Source: a virus
Taxonomy: Duplodnaviria; Heunggongvirae; Uroviricota; Caudoviricetes
Reading direction: 5' to 3' (one strand)
Length of the DNA: 21,267 bases
Virus record (IMG/VR): IMGVR_UViG_2645727669_000007
Both the position numbers and the translations under genes were made by a program. The notes below the pieces were generated by a model. That model ran no database searches, was not told the DNA's origin, and was given only the letters and a program-made list of their open reading frames with translations. The first letter of the stretch is position 1. Each line of letters opens with the position of its first letter. Positions 14,701 to 21,267 of this stretch are shown piece by piece.

Positions 14701-16035
14701 TTATGATACCGATAAAAACTTTTTTTTAATTTCTGCTGCCGTTTTCTCCATGCTGGGATATACAGTGCTTTCGGATATATTAAGCTGCGCCAGCTCTTCC
14801 AGAATTTTATTTTTGTTCGCTATCTCCACTCTGTTAAGAGGAAACTCAGCATCTGTTTCCGGTAAAATGGGATCAAGTCCGAACAGAAGAAAAGCTCCTG
14901 CCTGAGATTGTATGCGTTCATTATTTATTTTAGCCTTAAGGAAAACAACTTTCCTTAAGTCATCAGGAATTATTCTGTTTCTAAAATATGATTTTTCATT
15001 CTGTATAAGGTCTGCAAGTTTATCAGTGAGTTCAGATAACTCCATATTACCTTTTCTGGAATCAGAGGAGGACAATTTTTCCAACTCTTCGTAAGATAAA
15101 AGTGATAAGTTTGCTATACAGCTCACTGTATCTGAGTCGAAATATTTAATTTTCTTTCTATTTGTTGAAAACGAAATCACCTGTCCGTTTTCATTGGGGT
15201 TCGAACAGCAAGCAAAATATAATGCTATCAGTGGGTTAGATGTAATGTCTAAGAGTCTTGTAGGCAAGCCATAATGCTGCATGCGGACAAGTTTATCAAT
15301 CGTAAATTTATCCTCCTTAAATTCATTTGGTCTTGCGCTGAGTATTTCACGTACTAAATCAGATTCTGAAGCAAGATGCCTGTACGTCCCGTTTTGATTT
15401 TTTCTGTAAAGAGAGGGGACAAGCTCATATGAGCTTTTAGAGTGTCCACGATAAAAGGTAATGAGACCATCACGAAAGTTTTTCTTTATGAAATTAAGAT
15501 AATCTATAATATTCTCGACTACTGGGTATGTTTGTTTTTTTAATTTGATTGTACCTTTGGGGTGACTATTTTGTTTGTTTAAACCAAGTGATTCCAGAAC
15601 AATATTTAAATCCTTATTTTTTACTGCCCAATGTGTACGGCTTAACCCGAAAGATCCTAGCCCTAGGGTTTCTTTATATAATGTCGTTTGGGGATTCGTT
15701 ATTTCTCCAAAATTATGATTAATCTTGAAAGAAAATAAAATATCGCCACCATCTTTACGTAAATTTCTTATTTCCCCAAGTCTGATCCTGATGTACTTGT
15801 TTGTATCATATTCATCATCTTTTGTATAAGTTTCGGTCATGAACAATACTGGTAGCTTGGCGAGTTCTCTTAAGGTATCGGGTCTTATTGGTGTTAATTT
15901 ACTGTAAATATCGCTTGGGGTGCCTTCCAGCATGCGGGACATCGAGAATCTTTCCTCGCCTTCTGTAAGCCCTGGGTCCATACACGGCCAGCGGTCAAAA
16001 ACGTCCGGTTCTCCGGCCATGATTAAGCTAAACAT
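14701..16035 (-). CDS. FRG-domain protein (defense-associated moron)
   Basis: 444-aa ORF with AGGAG 6 nt upstream of the ATG. FRG-domain signature: ITFYRGHSKSSYELVPSLYR and MQHYGLPTRLLDITSNPLIALYFA. Markedly AT-rich and in opposite orientation to the flanking prophage genes. Confidence 0.65.
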   Translation of the reverse strand: MFSLIMAGEPDVFDRWPCMDPGLTEGEERFSMSRMLEGTPSDIYSKLTPIRPDTLRELAKLPVLFMTETYTKDDEYDTNKYIRIRLGEIRNLRKDGGDILFSFKINHNFGEITNPQTTLYKETLGLGSFGLSRTHWAVKNKDLNIVLESLGLNKQNSHPKGTIKLKKQTYPVVENIIDYLNFIKKNFRDGLITFYRGHSKSSYELVPSLYRKNQNGTYRHLASESDLVREILSARPNEFKEDKFTIDKLVRMQHYGLPTRLLDITSNPLIALYFACCSNPNENGQVISFSTNRKKIKYFDSDTVSCIANLSLLSYEELEKLSSSDSRKGNMELSELTDKLADLIQNEKSYFRNRIIPDDLRKVVFLKAKINNERIQSQAGAFLLFGLDPILPETDAEFPLNRVEIANKNKILEELAQLNISESTVYPSMEKTAAEIKKKFLSVS

Positions 16036-16528
16036 CGCAATCTCCTAAATTTACTTGCTAAAGTCAGTGTACTTTTATCATGTTGCTTCATTGTGTATGA
16101 AAGTAACATTGGTTGTCCATGCTCGTTTGTCTCTCATAATTCACAAATTTGCGAATATTTTTTATAAAAAATTCAAAACAGATAGGTTGACACAATCAAA
16201 ATTCACAAAGGGCACCTGCTTCTAATGTGGTTACGGCCCGATCATACGGGCAATGTCTTTCCATTATTGAAAACTCCGGGATCAACCATGATATATGAAG
16301 TCTCTTGCTATCCAGTTAAGTAAATGTCTGCTTCTCGCTCAAAGTGGGCTAGAAGGTTAGCTTGCGTCGGACTTGGCGTATTTAAAGAAGTGCTGGTGGT
16401 GACTGGTTATTGTGTTCCATTTCTACAGAACAAAATCACAGAAACTATACCCAATAGTTGTATTGAATCACTGACGAGACAGCCTCATATTTATCAGGAC
16501 TGATGTACGTCCAATACAGGAGGTTGTG

Positions 16529-16618
16529 GTGCTGGTTCTCAAATGTGCGCTGGCTATTGCTGCCTTAATGGCAATTTATTGCCTTGCTGTTGTTCTTATG
16601 GATCGCCTTTCTGACTGA
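16529..16618 (+). CDS. Candidate 29-aa hydrophobic peptide (type I toxin-like)
   Basis: AGGAGG at 16518..16523, then a 5-nt spacer and a GTG start. Product MLVLKCALAIAALMAIYCLAVVLMDRLSD has a single predicted transmembrane helix. Not in the ORF track because it is under 60 aa. Confidence 0.25.
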   Translation: MLVLKCALAIAALMAIYCLAVVLMDRLSD

Positions 16619-16829
16619 TTTCATATTGGCGAGGTAACGGGAGTTAAGTAGAATGGCTGCGGGTGCTTGAGGCTATCTGTCTCAGGCATGAACACCAAAG
16701 GCAGATAGAGAAAAGCCCCAGTTAACATTACGCGTCCTGCAAGACGCTTAACATTAATCTGAGGCTCAATCTATGAACGGCAAATCTAGGTTAGCCTCTT
16801 ACGTGCCGAAAGGCAAGGAGAAGCAGGCT

Positions 16830-16985
16830 ATGAAGCAGCAAAAGGCGATGTTAATCGCCCTGATCGTCATCTGTTTAACCGTCATAGTGACGGCACTGGT
16901 AACGAGGAAAGACCTCTGCGAGGTACGAATCCGAACCGGCCAGACGGAGGTCGCTGTCTTCACAGCTTACGAACCTGAGGAGTAA
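16830..16985 (+). CDS. hok: Hok/Gef-family type I toxin (HokD/RelF-like)
   Basis: 51-aa product MKQQKAMLIALIVICLTVIVTALVTRKDLCEVRIRTGQTEVAVFTAYEPEE with AAGGAG upstream. The ORF-track entry at 16773 is an in-frame upstream extension. Confidence 0.8.
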   Translation: MKQQKAMLIALIVICLTVIVTALVTRKDLCEVRIRTGQTEVAVFTAYEPEE

Positions 16986-17128
16986 GAGACCTGGCGGGGG
17001 AGAAATCCCTCGCCACCTCTGATGTGTCAGGCATCCTCAACGCACCCGCACTTAACCCGCTTCGGCGTTTTTTCCGTTGATTAACTCTAGTTATTAGAGA
17101 ACCGAACTTTTATTGATGGGGCAGGGAG

Positions 17129-17521
17129 ATGAAGAAACTTGTTTTAGTCGCAGGTGTAATGATTGCAACAGTAATGTTGGGAGGGTGTGCAGCAAAGGTC
17201 GATCCAGCGTTGAAAGCAGAAGCAATGAAGCCACTAACATGTAATGATGAAAAGCAATGTGACTTTTATTGGAAACGAGCGCAATTCTGGTTGGCTAATA
17301 ATTCCTCATGGAAAATTCAAACGGCGACAGACACGCTAATTTCCACTTATAATCCCTCTCCAAATAGTCCATTCCTCGCTTATCAAGTGAGTAAAATGCC
17401 AAATGAAGATGGATCCTCAAGAATTTTCATCAAGCCTTTTTGCGATAATATGTTTGGCTGTCAACCAAACCCCTATCAGGCAGTTGTTTCCTTTAAAAAC
17501 TTCGTTAAAACAGGGCAGTAG
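17129..17521 (+). CDS. Prophage lipoprotein (signal peptide with LGGC lipobox)
   Basis: MKKLVLVAGVMIATVMLGGCAAK N-terminus with GGGAG upstream, followed by a clean intrinsic terminator. Confidence 0.7.
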   Translation: MKKLVLVAGVMIATVMLGGCAAKVDPALKAEAMKPLTCNDEKQCDFYWKRAQFWLANNSSWKIQTATDTLISTYNPSPNSPFLAYQVSKMPNEDGSSRIFIKPFCDNMFGCQPNPYQAVVSFKNFVKTGQ

Positions 17522-17720
17522 TGTATAGCTTGGACGATAAATTATTAGTGAAAACGCCGTAAACCCTCACCCAATGTGGACTAAGCCTATCAAACATGAC
17601 TGTGATGATTAGTCCGTAGTTGTTGCCTATGAAATCTGGATTGAGTCAGGGTTTAATCCAATAATTCTTCTATCGTTCCTTTACAAGTCCGGTATATTAC
17701 TTTCAGTTTGTTTTAGCATA

Positions 17721-17745
17721 CCCGCTTCGGCGGGTTTTGTTTTTT
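17721..17745 (+). terminator. Rho-independent terminator
   Basis: CCCGC-ttcg-GCGGG stem-loop followed by TTTTGTTTTTT. Confidence 0.7.
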
Positions 17746-17817
17746 CCTGGCATTCTGGTTTACAATTCGCACGCCAGCCTGAACAACTGGCACCTGCTGC
17801 GCCAGCAGAGACAACCG

Positions 17818-18096
17818 ATGGCGCACGATACCAAATTACACAATTCTGATGATTTTGCCGTCTTTGCCAGCAGGCACGGGCGGCGTTCCCGCACTTTCAA
17901 ATCTGACTGGTTCCAGCATGACCCATGCACTGAAGAACAGGCCGAGTGGCTAATTCAGTGCTACCGCAGACACGGATACGAGATTAAGAAAGCCCTCAGC
18001 CTCGATTATCGTCACTGGATAATCTCCGTCAGGCTTCCTTACTCTGAACGCCCACCGCGTCCGTCCCGCACATTCCAGCAACGCATCTGGAGGTAA
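17818..18096 (+). CDS. Hypothetical small prophage protein (Rem-like position)
   Basis: ATG at 17818. The ORF-track start at 17737 is a TTG inside the terminator T-run. The stop is followed 1 nt later by the start of the next gene. The Rem-like label is from Qin gene order only. Confidence 0.35.
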   Translation: MAHDTKLHNSDDFAVFASRHGRRSRTFKSDWFQHDPCTEEQAEWLIQCYRRHGYEIKKALSLDYRHWIISVRLPYSERPPRPSRTFQQRIWR

Positions 18097-18097
18097 C

Positions 18098-19147
18098 GTG
18101 CGGGTATTACTTCGACCTGTTCTGGTACCGGAACTCGGGCTGGTGATCGTTAAGCCGGGCCGTGAATCCATGCCGGTATTCCACAATACCCGGGTATTGG
18201 TGGAGCCGGAACCGAAAAGCATGCGTAATCTGCCGTCCGGGGTCGTTCCTGCCGTTCGCCAGCCGCTGGTGGAAGACAAAACATTGCTGCCGTTTTTCAG
18301 TAACGCACGGGTGATTCGTGCTGCTGGTGGTGCTGGTGCATTGTCTGACTGGCTGTTGCGCCATATTAAATCCTGCCAGTGGCCACACGGCGATTATCAT
18401 CACAGCGAAACCGTCATTCACCGTTATGGTACCGGCGCAATGGTGTTGTGCTGGCACTGCGACAACCAGCTGCGTGACCAGACATCCGAATCACTCGAGC
18501 AACTTGCTCATCAAAACCTGTCAGCATGGATGATTGACGTCATCGGTCACGCAATAAGCGGTACGCAGGAGCGTGAATTATCTCTGGCTGAATTATCCTG
18601 GTGGGCGGTCCGCAATCAGGTGGCGGACGCGCTACCGGAAGCGGTATTACGTCGTTCGCTGGGGTTGCGTGCGGAAAAAATCCGCTCAATGTACCGTGAA
18701 AGCGACATCGTACCGGGAGAGCAGACCGCCACCAGCATACTGAAGCAGCGCACAAAAAATCTTGCGCCGCTGCCTCACGCCCACCAGCAACAGAACCCAC
18801 CACAGGAAAAGACGGTGGTCAGCATTGCCGTTGATCCTGAGCCTCCGGAATCTTTCATGAAACGACCTAAACGTCGCCGCTGGGTTAACGAGAAATACAC
18901 ACGCTGGGTGAAGACTCAGCCGTGTGCGTGTTGTGGTAAGCCAGCCGACGATCCCCATCACCTGATTGGTCATGGTCAGGGCGGAATGGGGACAAAATCT
19001 CACGATATTTTCACGCTACCGCTGTGTCGGGAGCATCACAACGAGCTTCATGCGGATCCGCTGGCGTTCGAAGAAAAGCATGGCTCTCAGGTTGATTTAA
19101 TTTTTCGTTTTCTTGATCACGCCTTTGCAACTGGCGTGCTTGGGTAA
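18098..19147 (+). CDS. DUF968-family prophage protein (YdfU-like) with C-terminal Cys/His HNH-like motif
   Basis: 349-aa ORF with a GTG start 4 nt after GGAGG. C-terminal motif is CACCGKPADDPHHLIGHGQGGMGTKSHDIFTLPLCREHHNELH. Confidence 0.55.
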   Translation: MRVLLRPVLVPELGLVIVKPGRESMPVFHNTRVLVEPEPKSMRNLPSGVVPAVRQPLVEDKTLLPFFSNARVIRAAGGAGALSDWLLRHIKSCQWPHGDYHHSETVIHRYGTGAMVLCWHCDNQLRDQTSESLEQLAHQNLSAWMIDVIGHAISGTQERELSLAELSWWAVRNQVADALPEAVLRRSLGLRAEKIRSMYRESDIVPGEQTATSILKQRTKNLAPLPHAHQQQNPPQEKTVVSIAVDPEPPESFMKRPKRRRWVNEKYTRWVKTQPCACCGKPADDPHHLIGHGQGGMGTKSHDIFTLPLCREHHNELHADPLAFEEKHGSQVDLIFRFLDHAFATGVLG

Positions 19148-19159
19148 AAGAGGTGACTG

Positions 19160-19534
19160 ATGCTCATAGATTTGGTTTTACCTTACCCGCCAACGGTGAA
19201 CACCTACTGGCGACGTCGTGGCAGCACATATTTTATCTCGGAGGAGGGAAAGCGTTATCGCCGGGCTGTGGCGCTTATTGTTCGCCAGCAGCGGCTGAAA
19301 TTAATCCTGTCCGGAAGGCTGGCGATAAAGGTGATTGCAGAGCCACCGGATAAGCGTCGTCGCGACCTGGACAATATCCTGAAAGCACCGCTGGATGCGC
19401 TGACGCATGCGGGAGTGTTAATGGACGATGAGCAGTTTGATGAAATCAATATCGTTCGTGGTCAGCCAGTATCTGGTGGACGTCTGGGGGTGAAGATTTA
19501 CCCCATAATGCTTGAAGGGCAGGTCAAAAAATGA
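19160..19534 (+). CDS. rusA: RusA-family Holliday junction resolvase
   Basis: 124-aa ORF with an AAAGAGGTGA ribosome-binding site. Motifs PPTVNTYW and PDKRRRDLDN match the RusA family. Confidence 0.8.
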   Translation: MLIDLVLPYPPTVNTYWRRRGSTYFISEEGKRYRRAVALIVRQQRLKLILSGRLAIKVIAEPPDKRRRDLDNILKAPLDALTHAGVLMDDEQFDEINIVRGQPVSGGRLGVKIYPIMLEGQVKK

Positions 19535-20352
19535 AACTGGAAGATTTACCGAAATACTACTCCCCAAAATCCCTCGGCCTGACTGATGCATCGGCCTCAA
19601 CGTCGAAAGATACGCTGAGTATCACTGATGTGATGGCCGCGCAGGGCATGACACAGAATTGGGCTGAGATGGGGTTTTCTGCGTTCCTTGGGAAAATGGG
19701 CATTAGTATGAATGACAGAGAGCGGGCAACAGAATTGCTGACAGAATATGCACTCAGTCGGTGTGATCGCGTGGCGGCGTTAAGAAAACTCCCGGCAGAA
19801 ATAAAACCGGCAGTGATGCGTATTATGGCTTCGTATGCGTTTGAAGATTATGCCCGTAGCGCGGCGAGCAAAAAACAGTGCCCCTGTTGTCACGGAAAAA
19901 AATTTATTGAAAGCGAGGTTTTTACAAACAAGATCCAGTATCCGGATGGTAAGCCGCCAGTGTGGGCAAAGTGCACAAAAGGCGTGTATCCGTCTTACTG
20001 GGAGGAATGGAAAAAAGTCAGGGAGGTGGTAAAAGTTGCCTGTCCGGAGTGTGGAGGGAAGGGAGAGGTATCCACTGCCTGTAAAGATTGTCGTGGGCGC
20101 GGTGTTGCCATTCATCGTGAAGAGTCGGTAAAACGTGGTATGCCTGTTATCAGAGACTGCCAGCGTTGTGGTGGTCGTGGCTATGAAAGATTACCTTCAA
20201 CGGAGGCATTTAATGCCATATGTAATGTAACCGATGCCATATCTCTTGATACATGGAAAAAAACAGTTAAACGTTTTTACGATACGCTGGTGGTGCAGTT
20301 TGATATTGAAGAAGCATGGGCAGAACAACAACTGAAAAAGGTGACCAGATAG
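19531..20352 (+). CDS. Q-like late antiterminator (QuuQ/YdfT-type) with four DnaJ-like CxxCxGxG zinc-finger repeats
   Basis: ATG overlaps the rusA stop (ATGA). Repeats are CPCCHGKK, CPECGGKGE, CKDCRGRG and CQRCGGRG. Immediately followed by a promoter plus short-transcript terminator (pR'/tR'-like). Confidence 0.5.
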   Translation: MKLEDLPKYYSPKSLGLTDASASTSKDTLSITDVMAAQGMTQNWAEMGFSAFLGKMGISMNDRERATELLTEYALSRCDRVAALRKLPAEIKPAVMRIMASYAFEDYARSAASKKQCPCCHGKKFIESEVFTNKIQYPDGKPPVWAKCTKGVYPSYWEEWKKVREVVKVACPECGGKGEVSTACKDCRGRGVAIHREESVKRGMPVIRDCQRCGGRGYERLPSTEAFNAICNVTDAISLDTWKKTVKRFYDTLVVQFDIEEAWAEQQLKKVTR

Positions 20353-20357
20353 CTTTG

Positions 20358-20385
20358 TTGATTTTTCCCGAATCTGTGGTAAATT
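20358..20385 (+). promoter_or_regulatory. pR'-like late promoter (TTGATT, 16-nt spacer, extended -10 TGgTAAATT)
   Basis: Hexamers read from the sequence directly downstream of the Q-like gene, with an intrinsic terminator about 50 nt further on. Confidence 0.4.
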
Positions 20386-20433
20386 TGCCCTAACGATGGG
20401 CGTTTTATGCCTGACGTTAGAAGATTTTTTACA

Positions 20434-20456
20434 CCCGTCGCCAGGCGGGTTTTTTT
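20434..20456 (+). terminator. tR'-like intrinsic terminator
   Basis: CCCGTC-gcca-GGCGGG hairpin (6-bp stem including one G-T wobble) followed by seven T residues. Confidence 0.6.
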
Positions 20457-20559
20457 ATGACTGAAATCACGCCAGTACAGTAAACGCGCTGGTGGTTGTG
20501 AATACCGGTCTTTCAGCTTGCTGGCTTTTTCGACAAGAGTTATTGGTGTGTCACGTTAA

Positions 20560-20952
20560 CCGGAAAAAGGAAAGTTTGAGAAACGCGATCTGGCACAGGC
20601 GGTTATTAATGCTGCCTACCTGGTGGCCTGTGCAGATGGTGAATGTGAGGCTTCCTAGAAAGCGAAGATCGAACAGGTACTGCGTAATCAGCCTGCGCTG
20701 TCCGCGTTTACGTCAGAAATTAATGCGATTAGCGCAACCATTATCGGTCAGCTGGATACGAACTTTAAAACTGGTCGTCGTGCGGCGTTACGTGAGATCG
20801 AGGATGTGAAACACGATACGCGTGAAGCGGAAGATGTGCTGGATGTGGCGGTGGCCATTGCGGAGGCAGACGGCGAAATTGAGCCGGAAGAGCGCAAGGT
20901 GCTGGAAGAGATTGCCGGTGTTCTGGGTCTTCGTCTGGAGAATCACCTGTGA
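20560..20952 (+). pseudogene. TerB-like (tellurite-resistance TerB family) gene remnant with no start codon and an in-frame amber stop
   Basis: Frame 1 reads ...AAYLVACADGECEAS, then TAG at 20656..20658, then ...REAEDVLDVAVAIAEADGEIEPEERKVLEEIAGVLGLRLENHL. This matches the TerB C-terminal motif ADG-x-EE-x-L-IA-LG. There is no ATG after the upstream TAA at 20557. Confidence 0.5.
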
Positions 20953-21080
20953 CGGTAAAACTGCGCCTGGCTGTGGCTGCACTCCTGCTGTTTCTGGTGG
21001 TGATGGTGGATTTCACCAGCAGAATCATGTCGGTGCTGGCGGATGGGGTGCTGGTCTGCGGCATTGTGGTATTGCTGTAG
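20949..21080 (+). CDS. Candidate 43-aa small membrane protein coupled to the TerB-like frame
   Basis: GTG start overlaps the TerB-like stop (GTGA). The product VTVKLRLAVAALLLFLVVMVDFTSRIMSVLADGVLVCGIVVLL is strongly hydrophobic. Confidence 0.25.
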   Translation: MTVKLRLAVAALLLFLVVMVDFTSRIMSVLADGVLVCGIVVLL

Positions 21081-21172
21081 CCGGTGATAAAAAGAAACAG
21101 CCTGCATAATGCTTGATTTTTTTATTTGCTGTTTATTAAAAATACTACTGCATGGTGAATCCCCCTGTGCGG

Positions 21173-21267
21173 CTGTCTCTTGATCAGATCTCCTGATCAA
21201 GAGACTTCATCACCAGGTAACCCTCAACCATATCCTGAAGTCTGAACCAGCCATCCCACATGACGAC
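21173..21267 (-). mobile_element. IS50-like insertion sequence, inside-end terminus plus the 3' end of its transposase gene; element body lies right of the window
   Basis: 21173..21191 reads CTGTCTCTTGATCAGATCT, identical to the IS50 inside end as I recall it. The minus strand encodes ...VVMWDGWFRLQDMVEGYLVMKSLDQEI with a TGA stop inside the inverted repeat (21184..21186). IS50 Tnp ends similarly (...WEGWEALQSKLDGFLAAKDLMAQGIKI) with its stop in the same place. Confidence 0.65.

Noticed and set aside
16324-16503. 59-codon plus-strand ORF in the AT-rich region upstream of hok
   Set aside because: No ribosome-binding site, no recognisable family, and the composition looks random. Probably noncoding promoter or leader DNA.
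18107-19003. Minus-strand ORFs 18107..18457, 18540..18803 and 18686..19003
   Set aside because: Antisense to the DUF968 gene, which has clear Cys/His motifs and operon coupling. Treated as shadows.
19780-20115. Minus-strand ORF of 111 aa and plus-strand 19835..20032
   Set aside because: They overlap the Q-like gene, whose zinc-finger repeats and operon coupling support the annotated frame.
20765-21200. ORFs 20765..21064 (-), 20788..20982 (-), 20822..21109 (+) and 20943..21200 (-)
   Set aside because: They overlap the TerB-like frame or run across the IS terminus. The TerB motif identifies the real ancestral frame, and the IS-spanning frame is an artefact of the junction.
1-21267. CRISPR arrays
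   Set aside because: No regularly spaced direct repeats with unique spacers were seen. The only periodic repeats are the GTCACG iterons and the short tandem repeats described above.

Overview
This window looks like an Enterobacterial (E. coli-like) chromosomal segment built on the asnT-mtfA-serU backbone, with both tRNA genes occupied by integrated elements and both window edges ending in IS50-like insertion-sequence termini. All calls are by eye from the sequence and from recalled protein families; nothing was searched against a database. Left to right: (1) an IS50-like end (1..95) that truncates a P4-like integrase (96..1115, -); (2) an AT-rich two-gene operon (1317..3148, +) encoding a DUF262 (ParB/GmrSD-N-like) protein and a translationally coupled partner with an Rx4H (HEPN-like) motif, which is my main candidate for an undescribed defense module; (3) an intact P4-like integrase (3215..4483, -) directly downstream of tRNA-Asn (4663..4738, -); (4) mtfA (4839..5636, -) and tRNA-Ser(CGA) (5730..5819, +); (5) a lambdoid Qin/Rac-like prophage at the tRNA-Ser 3' end. 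The prophage carries int-xis, a RecE-like exonuclease, a ydfA-ydfB-ydfC-DicF-dicB-ydfD division-inhibition operon, a CI-like S24 repressor with divergent cro, a replication gene containing two GTCACG iteron arrays, a low-GC FRG-domain moron (14701..16035, -; second defense candidate), a Hok-family toxin, a lipoprotein, a DUF968 protein, RusA, a Q-like antiterminator and a pR'/tR'-like late promoter-terminator pair. No lysis or structural genes follow; instead there is a decayed TerB-like gene and the second IS50-like end (21173..21267), so the prophage appears truncated and defective.
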